Shown: one piece after another, positions 52,308 to 64,000 of the stretch
Layout of the letters: each line of letters begins with the position of its first letter
Numbering within the stretch: the stretch's first letter is position 1
Source: an uncultured delta proteobacterium
Lineage (GTDB): Bacteria > Desulfobacterota > Desulfomonilia > UBA1062
Direction of reading: 5' to 3'
Assembly (NCBI GenBank): GCA_963785235.1
Contig: CAWAUM010000001.1
Span: 288,001-352,000, forward strand
Length of the DNA: 64,000 nt
The notes under the pieces: model-generated
What the model saw: only the letters and a program-made list of their open reading frames with translations
Told to the model about the DNA's origin: nothing
The model's database searches: none
Position numbers and translations under genes: made by a program

Positions 52308-53015
52308 TTAGTGGCCCTCCTCCATTGCGCCGCTTATGTACATCATGGCTAAGAGCGTAAACACGAAGGCCTGCAGAATCGACGTGAACATCATGAGCAC
52401 AAGCATAGGCATGGGGAGGAGGAATGGCACCAGGGCCAGAAGGACCACGAGAACGAGGTCTTCTCCGAAGATGTTCCCAAAGAGACGCATGGTGAGCGAG
52501 AGCGGCCGAGCCAGATGTCCGATAAGTTCCACCGGAAGCATGATAGGTGCCATCCACCATACCGGTCCTAAAAAATGCTTGAGATATTTAAGCCCGTGGA
52601 TTTTTACCCCTACTATGTGCGTCAGTAAGAATACGGTGAGCGCAATGGACAGGTTGGTGTTGAGATTTGCCGTGGGTGAGTAGAAGCCCGGGATGACGCC
52701 GGCCATATTGCAGGTGAAGATGAACAGGGCAATGGTGGCTATGAGGGGGAAGAACCTCATCCCATGCTCTCCCATGGTGTCCACCAGCAGGGACTTCAGT
52801 CCGCCGATGATCACTTCCAGAAAGTTCTGAAGTCTGCCCGGGATCATCTTCAGGCTCCTGGATACGAGTAGCGACATAATGATGAGCACAATCATGAAGA
52901 GCCAGGTAAAGGTAACCTGATGGAAGTGATTCCCGTCTGTAAGGCCAAAGGTCTCATGAAGGAATTCATAAAGGGGATGGGTGATGAAATCTAAAATGAG
53001 GTACCCGTGATCCAT
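52308..53015 (-). CDS. atpB: ATP synthase F0 subunit a
   Basis: PTANLNT, RPLSLTMRLFGNI, LQAFVFTLL. Confidence 0.95.
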   Translation of the reverse strand: MDHGYLILDFITHPLYEFLHETFGLTDGNHFHQVTFTWLFMIVLIIMSLLVSRSLKMIPGRLQNFLEVIIGGLKSLLVDTMGEHGMRFFPLIATIALFIFTCNMAGVIPGFYSPTANLNTNLSIALTVFLLTHIVGVKIHGLKYLKHFLGPVWWMAPIMLPVELIGHLARPLSLTMRLFGNIFGEDLVLVVLLALVPFLLPMPMLVLMMFTSILQAFVFTLLAMMYISGAMEEGH

Positions 53016-53016
53016 A

Positions 53017-53400
53017 CTAATCTCCTCCTGCACTGATGTAGGTGTAGCATGCGTAGCTCATGACGCCGAACATGATGACCGACAGGCCGAGAAGCAGCCC
53101 TAAGGTATCCACGTGCAGCAATGCGATGAGCACATAGAGTACGGCCCCTGTAAGGGTAAGCCTGAGTATATAACGTTTTATCATGAAGGCCTTACCCTGA
53201 TTTGCAGTAAGGGTGACCGATGACTTGGCGTGCCTCCAGAGCAGATGATAATTTGCCAGGCAGACCCCTCCGCCCAGGAGAACACCCAGGGCAAATTTAG
53301 GGCCCAACAGAGGCAGGCTGACAATACAGAAGCCAGCCCAGAGGGCCAGCGATATGAATTCTATCCTTTTCTGTACGGGGTCCTTACTTGTGTTTTTCAC
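53017..53400 (-). CDS. atpI: ATP synthase protein I
   Basis: Four-TM protein upstream of atpB (GVLLGG, RYILRL). Confidence 0.8.
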   Translation of the reverse strand: MKNTSKDPVQKRIEFISLALWAGFCIVSLPLLGPKFALGVLLGGGVCLANYHLLWRHAKSSVTLTANQGKAFMIKRYILRLTLTGAVLYVLIALLHVDTLGLLLGLSVIMFGVMSYACYTYISAGGD

Positions 53401-53632
53401 CTGACTTATCCTCGCTGAAAAACCGCATGTAGGTCTTGTACATCATTCTGAACCCTGCCATGATGCCGCCAAAGAGAAAGACAAAGGTAAAGATGGGCTC
53501 TGTGCCGAATTTGCCATCAAGGTAGAAGCCCGCAATAAGGCCGATGATTATTGACAGGACCATGGCAAACCCCATGGTGCTCAGATCAGCCACTGTGAGG
53601 TACATCTTCCTCTTTTCCTTGTCTTCCGCCAT
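53384..53632 (-). CDS. AtpZ/AtpI family small membrane protein
   Basis: GFYLDGKFGTEP...GIMAGF; first gene of the F0 cluster. Confidence 0.8.
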   Translation of the reverse strand: MAEDKEKRKMYLTVADLSTMGFAMVLSIIIGLIAGFYLDGKFGTEPIFTFVFLFGGIMAGFRMMYKTYMRFFSEDKSGEKHK

Positions 53633-53846
53633 CGTGGAGGCCTACCCCTTGAAATAGTCTCAAATCATATTACTGAATCACGGTTCATAATGCAAGGAAG
53701 TTTTTGGCCGAGGTGTTCCATGTGTAAAATGGCTTCTGATAAAGGTTTTAACTCTCTTGATCAAACAACATTTTTTTCTTGCTCTGTGAAAACATTTCAG
53801 GTAAAGATAACGAGTTTGAGCACATGACTACACTACAGAGTGAACT

Positions 53847-54671
53847 ATGGACAGTACACAAAGTAACAAGGGTCAGATGCGAAAACTCACGGTTGTTTCG
53901 GTGTGTTTTTTAGCTTCATTAATAGGGGCAGCCTTAATACCGACCAGTATGGTCACTGACAGGAGTACACCTCCTGCCATGCCCATACCGAGTCCGGCCA
54001 TCGAATATCAATACACCGCGAGTTTGCAGGACCGGCTTGCACAGATCGATGACGTGCAGGAAAGGAAGCAGTCTCTCATCAGGATTCTGCTGCCGCTGGT
54101 GCTCCATGCAAATGAAAGAGTCCTGCAGCAACGGATGATTATCGAGCAATTACAACAAAGACTGCCGTATCTGACTCCCCTTGAAAAACAGACGCTTATT
54201 ACGTTTGCCCGGATGTACCTGGTGGAGGGAGTTACCAGCGAGGAGATGGTTGCAGAACTCCTCAAGAGGGTGAATGTGCTCCCCGTCTCCCTGATCCTTG
54301 CCCAGGCGGCCATAGAGTCCGGGTGGGGAACCTCCCGGTTCAGCCTCAAGGGGAACAATATTTTCGGGCTGAGAAATTCCTCCGGATATGGCATGGTGCC
54401 GAGGGAACGCCCGAGCGAGGAGGAATTCACTGTCTCGGTATTCCGTGACCTCCAGTCGTGTATCGATTACTATATGTGGAATATTAATACGAATCCGCAG
54501 TATGAGCAGCTCAGGTATACACGGTCCCTCTCCGAGGCACCGTACGATTCCTATGCCCTGGCGCAGGGTCTGCGCAATTATTCCGAGATGGGGATCGAGT
54601 ACGTGCGAAGGGTGGAACTGCTCATCGGTTACAACTCACTGAAGAATTATGACGATTACCGGCTCCAGTAG
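53847..54671 (+). CDS. Glucosaminidase-domain (GH73, Bax-like) protein
   Basis: LAQAAIESGWGTSRF, GNNIFG, NINTNPQY, YSEMGIEY. Confidence 0.85.
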   Translation: MDSTQSNKGQMRKLTVVSVCFLASLIGAALIPTSMVTDRSTPPAMPIPSPAIEYQYTASLQDRLAQIDDVQERKQSLIRILLPLVLHANERVLQQRMIIEQLQQRLPYLTPLEKQTLITFARMYLVEGVTSEEMVAELLKRVNVLPVSLILAQAAIESGWGTSRFSLKGNNIFGLRNSSGYGMVPRERPSEEEFTVSVFRDLQSCIDYYMWNINTNPQYEQLRYTRSLSEAPYDSYALAQGLRNYSEMGIEYVRRVELLIGYNSLKNYDDYRLQ

Positions 54672-55794
54672 TCCTTTGCAGGTATTTACAAAGCCCGGTA
54701 AAAGAAGGCTCCCTTGCAAAGGCTTTTTTCGATATTTCCTGCCCATGGTCATGGCAGCGTTTCTCTCACTGATGCCGATTCTTTCAACACAGGCATCCGC
54801 ATACATATCCGTTCTCCTCTACCACCGGTTCGATGAGGACCGCTTTCCCACCACCACGACATCGAGTGCCCAATTCGAGCAGCACATGGCATATCTTAAG
54901 TCTAAAGGGTACACTGTGCTCTCTTTAGACCAGCTTGCCGAATGTGTGGAGGGCCTAAGGCCCGTGCCTGAGAAAGGGGTCGTCATTACCATCGATGACG
55001 GGTTCATTTCCGAGTATGAGAAGGCTGTCCCGGTCCTGCGGAAATACAACTATCCATTCAGTATCTTTGTCTTCACCAATGCCATTGGCAAAAAGAACTA
55101 TCTGAGTTGGGAACAGCTGAAGCAGATGGAATCCTTAGGGGGTGAGGCGGGGTGCCATACGCAAACCCACCCGAGATTGATAAACCTTTCCGGAAGGCTT
55201 GTGGAGCAGGAGATCATGGGTTCCAAGGCGACCATGGAAAAGAACCTGGGGCGTAAGGTCAAGTATTTTGCCTATCCCTATGGACTTTACGATAATACGG
55301 TCAGGGCTGTTGCCAAGCGCGCTGGATTCCGGCTCATGTTCTCATCCGACCCGGGCAGCGTGGGGGCAGGAACAGAGTTTGACCGCATACCCCGCCAGGC
55401 CGTTGTGGGTGCTGAGATGAGCCTTAATGACTTTGCAAATAAGCTCATGAATCCACCTTTACAGATAACCGGCCGTATCCCCGGCAGCGGGACCCTGCCG
55501 TCCACTACCATACCTTTTGTGTCGGTTACCCTGAAGGATCCGGCTCTCTATGATCCGAATCAGATCAATGTGTTCCTCTCTGAGAAGAAAAGGCTCTACG
55601 CACATTTCAACCCCAAGACAGGGATTCTTGGCTGCAACGGTCCCTTCCACCTAACCAGGAAGACGAACCGTATCATCGTTTCTGCCAGGAGAAAGAGCGA
55701 CGGACTCTTTGCCATGGATTCCTGGCTGATCGTGCTCCCGGGTTCGTGGGACAAGATGAAGTATACCAAATTAGAAGATGGATTTGCCCCATGA
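54649..55794 (+). CDS. Polysaccharide deacetylase (CE4); start probably further downstream
   Basis: LLYHRF, ITIDDG, HTQTH, FAYPYG. Confidence 0.85.
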   Translation: MTITGSSSPLQVFTKPGKRRLPCKGFFRYFLPMVMAAFLSLMPILSTQASAYISVLLYHRFDEDRFPTTTTSSAQFEQHMAYLKSKGYTVLSLDQLAECVEGLRPVPEKGVVITIDDGFISEYEKAVPVLRKYNYPFSIFVFTNAIGKKNYLSWEQLKQMESLGGEAGCHTQTHPRLINLSGRLVEQEIMGSKATMEKNLGRKVKYFAYPYGLYDNTVRAVAKRAGFRLMFSSDPGSVGAGTEFDRIPRQAVVGAEMSLNDFANKLMNPPLQITGRIPGSGTLPSTTIPFVSVTLKDPALYDPNQINVFLSEKKRLYAHFNPKTGILGCNGPFHLTRKTNRIIVSARRKSDGLFAMDSWLIVLPGSWDKMKYTKLEDGFAP

Positions 55795-57369
55795 AATCAA
55801 CACCACCTTCCACTGCGAATCAGAAGGGCAAGATAAAAAAAACCGTCTTGATCCCCTCCGTTGAAAAGCCCCGCAGGGAAGTAATTGTAGAGCTCACAAA
55901 GGCGGAAAAGGCCATTGAGAGATTACAAAGGGCCGAGTCCAAGAGGAAGAAGGAATGGGAAACCTATCAGGAGACCACCCATGCCCTCAAGGAACGGGTT
56001 AAAGAACTAAACTGCCTCTACAGCATATCGAACATCGTAGTAAAGTATGGTCTCAATATGGATGAGATTCTCAAGCGTACCATAGAGATCATCCCGGATG
56101 CCTGGCAATATCCGGAAATAACCAGCTGCCGGCTTCGACTTGGAGAGAAAACCGTCCAGAGCCGGGATTTCCAGGAGACCGCATGGAGGCAGTCTCAGGA
56201 TATCATTGTCAATGCCGTGAAATGTGGAACACTGGAGGTGTTTTACCGGGAACACAGGCCCGATATGGACGAGGGCCCGTTCCTGAGGGAGGAGAGGAGC
56301 CTCATCAAGGCGATAGCCGAGAGTATCGGCAAGATTGCGGAGCGGCACAATACAGAAGAGGCGCTCAAGCAGAGCGAACTGAAAACGACGGCGCTGCTGA
56401 CTGCCATACCTGACCTCATGTTCCAGATCGACAAAGACGGTACCCTTGTGGGTTTCCATGAGGGGACCTTTGTCATGCTGCGCGATCTGGGAAAGAGGAT
56501 GATCGGAAAGAACATCTATGCCCTTGCCGATCCCGATCAGCTCATTGGCCGCCGGTTGCTCGACCATGGGATGCTCTATGTGAGGCAGGCCATAGAAACG
56601 GGCAATCCGCAGATGTATGAACAGCATACCTCCATCAACGGCCATGGAATGGACTACGAGGTCCGCATGGTGTTGTGCAAGAAGGACGAGGTGCTGGGGA
56701 TCGTGCGTGATATCACCAAGAAAAAGCAGCTCGAGCGGGAGATCCTCGAGATAAGCAACCGGGAGCAGAGGAGGATCGGGCAGGATCTCCATGACAGCCT
56801 CTGCCAGCACCTGACCGGGATCGGATTCATGGGCAAGGTGCTGGAAAAGAAGGCGGCCTCGCAGGTTCCCCTGGAGACCTGCTGATATCAAGGAGATCGT
56901 CGATCTCATAGACCAGGCAATAACGCTGACCAGGGGATTCGCAAGCGGTCTGAATCCGGTGGAACTGCAGGCCGAAGGCCTCATGCATGCCCTGAACAAG
57001 CTTGCCTGGAATGTGAAGAAACTCTTCGGGGTCTCATGCACCTTTACGTGTTCCGACCCCATATATATCTTCGATAATGAGATGGCCACACACCTCTACC
57101 GCATTGTTCAGGAGGCTTTGAACAATGCCATCAAACACGGCAAGGCCAAGGATATCGTCATATCTCTGGAGAAGAAAGGGGCTGCATGCACCCTGAGGGT
57201 GAGCGACAATGGCGTCGGATTCGGCAAGATCTCAAGCCATGGAAGGGGTATGGGGCTGAGCATCATGCAGTACCGGGCATCCATGATTGAGGCATCTCTT
57301 GATTTCAAGGTCCACCCGCAGGGTGGTACGGATGTTGTGTGTTGCTTCCAGATCAGGGATGGGTTTTAA
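55791..57369 (+). CDS. Sensor histidine kinase (GAF-like + PAS + HisKA_3); one apparent frameshift (~56878)
   Basis: ERVKELNCLY, EQRRIGQDLHDSLCQ, then HLYRIVQEALNNAIKH, DNGVG, GMGL in the next frame. Confidence 0.87.
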
Positions 57370-57396
57370 TAGACGCCTTGCTGACGGAGGAACTTA

Positions 57397-58047
57397 ATGG
57401 AACGCTTTAAAATTCTGATTGTTGATGACCACCCGATCCTGCGCAAAGGCCTCGGTATGGTCATCGACCAGGAGCAGGATCTCGTTGTCATCGGCGAGGC
57501 TGAAGATGTCCAGGGCGCCCTGGAAATGATCGATACCCTGAGTCCGGATCTGGTCATTGTGGACCTGGCGTTACCCGGGGTGGACGGCATTGAGCTGATC
57601 AAGACCATGAAGCTGAAATATCGTGACCTGCCTGCTCTGGTAGTATCCATGCATGACGAATCCCTGTTTGCCGAGAGGGCTCTGAGGGCGGGCGCAAGGG
57701 GATACATCATGAAACAGGAGGCGGTGGAAAAGGTGCTCGTGGCCATCAGAAAGGTTCTCAAGGGCGAGATCTTCGTGAGCGACAAGACCACCACCAAGAT
57801 GATCGAGACACTCATCTCGGGTGATGCAAAAGGCCTGAGCACCCCCCTTGACCTCCTCAGCAACAGGGAGATGACCGTGTTCCGAATGATCGGCCAGGGA
57901 TTCAAGACAAGCCAGATTGCTGACAATCTTCATCTGAGCGTGAAGACCATCGAGTCTTACCGTTCTCATATCAAGGAAAAGCTCAAGCTTCCAACCGGGA
58001 CCGACCTCATGAAATGCGCCATACAATGGGTGCAGAACACCACCTAG
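57397..58047 (+). CDS. NarL/LuxR family response regulator
   Basis: VDDHP, IVDLAL (phospho-Asp), GYIMK, LSNRE...SVKTIESYRSHIKEKL. Confidence 0.93.
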   Translation: MERFKILIVDDHPILRKGLGMVIDQEQDLVVIGEAEDVQGALEMIDTLSPDLVIVDLALPGVDGIELIKTMKLKYRDLPALVVSMHDESLFAERALRAGARGYIMKQEAVEKVLVAIRKVLKGEIFVSDKTTTKMIETLISGDAKGLSTPLDLLSNREMTVFRMIGQGFKTSQIADNLHLSVKTIESYRSHIKEKLKLPTGTDLMKCAIQWVQNTT

Positions 58048-58142
58048 GGGATTTTTTCCATAATACTATCCCTTGCCGGCCATTACAGATAAGATCATAA
58101 TGCCTTTACCGGTCTATCCATCCACATGCTGCACATCAGGAC

Positions 58143-58210
58143 TATAAGGATAACCCCCTTAGTCAGTATAAGGGAAACCCCTATAGCAAAATCAGCTGAA
58201 CCCTGATTGT
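58143..58210 (+). promoter_or_regulatory. Three tandem imperfect palindromes upstream of gdhA
   Basis: TAAGGATAACCCCCTTA, TATAAGGGAAACCCCTATA and AATCAGCTGAACCCTGATT at roughly 23-25 nt intervals. Confidence 0.6.
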
Positions 58211-58306
58211 GGAATCTGCCTTTTTCGGGTTTGATAACATGATACTTTCAGGAGAAACATGCGTTGCATGAGAATTGACAGAAAATAAAAAAATGAACCA
58301 GACTAA

Positions 58307-59683
<1,377 letters not shown>

Positions 59684-59713
59684 CAGCGATACGCCTTTGA
59701 TTGAGAAAATCAG

Positions 59714-60772
59714 ATGACTCACAGGAGAACATATGTTGATAAGGGAGAGGATGTGAACAAAATCATGTTCACCATCCTCTCCATCCTCCATAAGCACCAG
59801 GGCCCTTTTCGTTCAGCGCAAATCGTATCTCACCTTGTCTCGCAGGGCATGAATATCTCCGATAGCACAGCCCGGTATTATCTGCAGAAACTAGATGAGA
59901 AGGGTTTCACCACCAATAGCAGCAAACTAGGCAGGATGATCACCGAGAAGGGGCAGGACGAGATACGTGCGCAATTTGTTTATAACCCTACAGAATCAAT
60001 TATAGAAAGGATCAACAGGCTCTCTCTCTTGACGGATTTCGATCCGGACACGGGAACAGGCAAGGTAATCCTCAATGTCAGCCATGTGCGGAAAGATGAT
60101 GTGGAGAAGGCACTCCATGTTCTGAATGCGGTATTCTCATCCCCCTATGCCTTATGCGATAAGGTGGTGCTGGCGGAAAATGGAAGGCATTTCCAAGACA
60201 TCGAGGTGTCTGACGGGTTTGTGGGGATAGGGACCGTATGCAGCATCACGGTGAACGGGATTTTTCTGCGTAGCGGCATACCCGTCCGCCCGAGGATGGG
60301 TGGGATTATCGAGATTACCGGGAGAAAACCGGTGGGCTTCCAGTCGTTCATCAGTTATGAAGATTCCACTGTTGCACCGCTCGAGGTTTTCATCACCAAC
60401 CAGAAGACAAGTGTTCTCCATACCCTGGCTTCCGGAGAAGGGAGCATACTGGGCAGCTTGAGGGAAATCCCTCAGGAACACCTGTTTGTGTCCAGAGCCC
60501 TGATGCAGAAACTCATTAAGTGCGGTTTCAGAAATACCACTCTGTACGGGTTCGCCTTTAGCCCGCTTCTCGGCATACCTATTACGGAAGGCATGGTAGG
60601 TCTTGTAGAGATCGGTGGGATCAACCCATGTGCAGCACTCAATGAGGCCGGGTTGAGCGTTCATACAAAGGCCATGGCAACCATGTATGAGTACTCGGAT
60701 ATGTTGCCCATACACAACTACCTCCATCATACCACCACAAACAAGGCTATCGAGGCAGGTTTTCAGGCATAA
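59714..60772 (+). CDS. NrpR-family regulator (winged HTH plus a single NRD/DUF128 domain); alternative GTG start at 59753
   Basis: STARYYLQKLDEKGFT...RMITEKG, GKVILNVS, GTVCSITVNG, GGINP...LNEAG. Confidence 0.8.
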   Translation: MTHRRTYVDKGEDVNKIMFTILSILHKHQGPFRSAQIVSHLVSQGMNISDSTARYYLQKLDEKGFTTNSSKLGRMITEKGQDEIRAQFVYNPTESIIERINRLSLLTDFDPDTGTGKVILNVSHVRKDDVEKALHVLNAVFSSPYALCDKVVLAENGRHFQDIEVSDGFVGIGTVCSITVNGIFLRSGIPVRPRMGGIIEITGRKPVGFQSFISYEDSTVAPLEVFITNQKTSVLHTLASGEGSILGSLREIPQEHLFVSRALMQKLIKCGFRNTTLYGFAFSPLLGIPITEGMVGLVEIGGINPCAALNEAGLSVHTKAMATMYEYSDMLPIHNYLHHTTTNKAIEAGFQA

Positions 60773-61048
60773 AGATCCGGATAAGGGCCATCGTAGTGTT
60801 CAGGCTTTTTCCCTGCAGGCGAAATTATACCAGTTTTGTGATATGACATCAGCAAAGAGATAGTAACAACTGCATTTCATATCTCTGATAGATACTCAAA
60901 AAGATGATATCCATGCTCGACAAGTGATAAGGAATCAGAGATACGATATTGTTATCTAAGCACATTTTCTTTAGATTATCTGATGGGATACGTTAAGTGA
61001 AAGAAGAAGGTATGTTGTGAGATTCATTCGTTGGTAAAGGAGTTTTTT

Positions 61049-62225
61049 ATGAAAACATTCATGCGACCAAACCTGGTCGATTCTGACATGTCTTCTTTTT
61101 GTGATCTTTCTCCTATCCGGGTGCAATACCGGCAGCACGGATAAGGCATCTGAAACAGGAGAAACAGTAACACTTGATTCCCTAAGCGTAACGCCAGAAG
61201 ACCAGGATATTGCTCCAGGTGAAACCCTTCAGTTCAGCGCAGAAGGCTCCTATTCGGACGACACGACAAAGGATTTGACCTCATCAGTTGTATGGGAGTC
61301 AACAGATACGGATGTTGTAACAATAAACAATAAAGGGCTTGCAACAGCAGTCGCCCAAGGCACGGCAACAGTCACTGCAACATCAGATGATATTTCGGGG
61401 TCTGTAGAAATGACTGTCACAGCAACAGCAACACCCCCTACAAACACAGCTATCATCATTGACCATACCAGCACAAAGCTCGCCGACATCCCTGCAGAGT
61501 CCATCAATCAGGCAAAGACGAGCCTGCACATAGCCTATGGCCATACCTCCCACGGCAGCCAGCTTGTTGATGGTATGACCGGTCTGTATAACTGGAAAGG
61601 CAGTCTCTATGCATTCAACAATGGGGGCACAGGTGATGCGCTGGACCTGAGGGATACCCCTTTCTCCGGGGCATATGACCTGGGCAATCCGGATCGTACC
61701 TCATGGGCAAGTGCAACGCGTACATACCTCAATGCCAACCCGGACATCAATGTCGTTATCTGGTCGTGGTGCGGGCAGGTTTCTTCGTCTACCGTGGCTG
61801 ATATCAATACCTACCTGAGTCTCATGACAGATTTGGAAGCTGACTATCCGGGTGTGAAATTCGTATACATGACAGGCCACCTCGACGGCAGCGGGCTTAA
61901 CGAAAATCTGCACTTCAGGAATGAACAGATACGAAACTATTGCAGGGACAACAACAAGATACTCTATGACTTCGAAGACATCGAATCCTACAATCCTGAT
62001 GGTACCTATTTCGGGGACAAGATCCCGAACGATGCCTGCGATTATGACAGCAACGGTGACGGTGTTCAGGATGCAAACTGGGCTGACCAGTGGCAGAATG
62101 CGCATACCTTGGGTGTAGACTGGTTTGATTGTTCGGCCGCCCACTCGCAGCCGTTAAACGGCAATCTCAAGGCATATGCCGCCTGGTGGCTATGGGCGCG
62201 CCTTGCCGGATGGAGCGGCAATTAG
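61049..62225 (+). CDS. Lipoprotein with Big_2 Ig-like domain and an uncharacterised C-terminal domain; apparent frameshift in the signal peptide (~61067)
   Basis: RBS AAGGAG plus ATG at 61049, out of frame with WSILTCLLFVIFLLSGC; LQFSAEGSYSDDTTKDLT..VVWES. Confidence 0.7.
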
Positions 62226-62325
62226 AGATTTTGTTTTGGGAAGTTATAATGATCACCCCCAAAAAAGCTTTTTGTTGAAATCATTTATAACCGATACAAT
62301 TCAACAAGAGGGATTGGGCATCACG

Positions 62326-63153
62326 ATGATACGGTTTAGCTACTTGTTTATGATATTTTGTTTTGGCATCTGTCCTGTGGTCCATGCGGGTAATGATGCT
62401 TCTCACAAAGCCCTTTGTTACATCAGGGCGTATCCCGATTTTTTTCTCGGATATAAAGACGGATTCCTCATGGCGAAAGACGGCCGCAAGATCCCTTTCG
62501 ATGACGGGATAGGCTCAAAAGACTACGACCAGATGATTGTAGATCGTCGTATAGGTGATAAAGCCTTTGACCCGGAAGACGCGTTTTACTGGGAATATCA
62601 TGCGGGGAGTGAGATCCCGACCGTTGATAGACCGCCGGTGGGTGATCCTGGCCGTATCCGGCCTGCTGAGATATTCAGCTACATGTACGGACCAACAAAA
62701 TCACTGCGCATGAAAAAAATGCGTCGAGTTCAGTGGATAGGCTCATCTGTCGGCAAGGACAATACCATCCTCGTCACCACGGTGAATGGGGTCGACAAGG
62801 CCCTTGAGAAGGTGGCTTGTGAACTCAGAGATCTCCCGGAAGAGAAGAAGCAGGAAGTGGAAGGGATAGTATTCGATGTAGATGCATACTCAGGATATTG
62901 CGACAGAACGGTTCGTGACTATCCGTATAGAACTTCAGGACATGCCTACGGCATTGCAGTGGATGTAAACTGGGATGACTCATACTTTATTGGCCGCCAC
63001 CAAGGTGAGCCATATCACTACAGGAACAACATGCCGCAATTCCTGGTAGAAATCTTTGAGAGGCATGGGTTCATCTGGGGCGGCCGTTGGCATAATTATG
63101 ATACCATGCACTTCGAGTATCGCCCTGAACTCTTGTTGAATGATCCCACATAA
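62326..63153 (+). CDS. M15-family metallopeptidase (cell-wall peptidase)
   Basis: Signal peptide, SGHAYGIAVD, WGGRWHNYDTMHFEYRPEL. Confidence 0.85.
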   Translation: MIRFSYLFMIFCFGICPVVHAGNDASHKALCYIRAYPDFFLGYKDGFLMAKDGRKIPFDDGIGSKDYDQMIVDRRIGDKAFDPEDAFYWEYHAGSEIPTVDRPPVGDPGRIRPAEIFSYMYGPTKSLRMKKMRRVQWIGSSVGKDNTILVTTVNGVDKALEKVACELRDLPEEKKQEVEGIVFDVDAYSGYCDRTVRDYPYRTSGHAYGIAVDVNWDDSYFIGRHQGEPYHYRNNMPQFLVEIFERHGFIWGGRWHNYDTMHFEYRPELLLNDPT

Positions 63154-63288
63154 ACCCGACAATGCGCCTTGAGGTAATGGAAATGTAAAGTTCTAATACT
63201 ATTGTTATTCCTATATCAATGAATCCAGGTCTTCAAACTTTGTTATCATGCATCTTAGAGAATACATTAAATCTATGAGGGGGTTCGT

Positions 63289-64000
63289 ATGGAGTTAAGC
63301 AAAAGGTGGTGTGTTGTTGTGCTTATGGCACTTTTGACCCTGTGTTTTTCATCAAACCTCTTTGCCGTTGATATCGGTGTGGCCTGGGAGGGAAAGTCCG
63401 GGATGGCAAACAATGTCATAAAGGGCTTTGCCGAAGGGATCAAGGGATCAGGCATCAATGTCGAGTACCAGAAAGACCTTGCTTCCGTGGATGAACTGGT
63501 AAAGGTCATGAGCCGCTTCCAGAAGGAAAAGGCAGGCATGGTGATCCTCAGGTCCACCGGGGCTGAATCGCTCATCAAGAATCAGCCCACTATCCCCACA
63601 TTCATCGGGGCCTGCAATAATCCTGCAAAGGTCGGGGTAGTGAAAAATATGAAGGCACCCGAAGGTAAGATCACTGGGGTCAGCTACTATATCCCGGGAC
63701 TCATCCATGTTAAGTTAATTAAAACCATTCTGCCGGAGGTGAAGTCCGTAATGCTCCTCTTGGATAAAGAACACCCTTCTGCCCCCATAGAAAATGAGGA
63801 AACAAAAGAAGGATGTGCTGCACTCAAAATAACCTACCATGGCAAGATGTGTTCATCTGTGGATGAAATCCTGACTGCAGTGAGGGACAATAAAGACAAG
63901 GTATCGGCCTTTATCATCGGTACGCAGGCACTTGTCTTTGATAATACGCCGAAGATAATAGAGGCGGCAGGGAAGACACCTGTCTTTGCCTATTCAGAAA
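63289..64000 (+). CDS. ABC substrate-binding protein (ABC_sub_bind/DUF534-like), truncated by the window end
   Basis: Open frame MELSKRWCVVVLMALL...NNPAKVGVVKNMKAPEGKITGVS runs to the window edge. Confidence 0.75.
   Translation, partial: MELSKRWCVVVLMALLTLCFSSNLFAVDIGVAWEGKSGMANNVIKGFAEGIKGSGINVEYQKDLASVDELVKVMSRFQKEKAGMVILRSTGAESLIKNQPTIPTFIGACNNPAKVGVVKNMKAPEGKITGVSYYIPGLIHVKLIKTILPEVKSVMLLLDKEHPSAPIENEETKEGCAALKITYHGKMCSSVDEILTAVRDNKDKVSAFIIGTQALVFDNTPKIIEAAGKTPVFAYSE

Noticed and set aside
56878-56890. TGA in the histidine kinase as selenocysteine or readthrough
   Set aside because: The continuation is in a different frame; removing one C restores the protein
59733-59756. 7-codon ORF (MLIRERM) with RBS overlapping the nrpR GTG, as a leader peptide
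   Set aside because: Cannot be distinguished from chance or from another assembly indel at the nrpR start

Overview
Chromosomal, mostly housekeeping segment of an anaerobic, flagellated Gram-negative bacterium. The split atpZIBE cluster, lysS-lol-bamA-lpx order and short FlgJ suggest a deltaproteobacterial/Desulfobacterota-like host (inference). In order it holds: acyl-CoA metabolism genes, glnS, ldtD/mepK-like genes, a DUF853 ATPase, tRNA-Glu/Gln, a eukaryote-like PFK-2/FBPase-2, omptin plus pseudo-receiver/TPR, a PAS kinase, NikR with a Ni ECF transporter, an MCP, tRNA-Cys, a long lysS-lolCD-bamA-skp-lpx-msbA operon, an AT-richer islet, flgM/flgFGAHIJNK-csrA, F0 ATP synthase genes, a NarL-type two-component pair followed by gdhA and nrpR, and secreted proteins. 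I saw no CRISPR array, prophage, rRNA or intact transposase. About 11 single-base frameshifts, including one in lpxK, look like assembly errors. Best leads: the bacterial PFK-2/FBPase-2 with intact catalytic motifs; a HK/RR-gdhA-NrpR module whose palindromic boxes resemble a 22-bp motif shared by two acyl-CoA promoters; a GlnRS with a Trbp111-type tail; and a MITE-like element containing a perfect 29-bp inverted repeat. No database searches were run, so family calls rest on recognised motifs.
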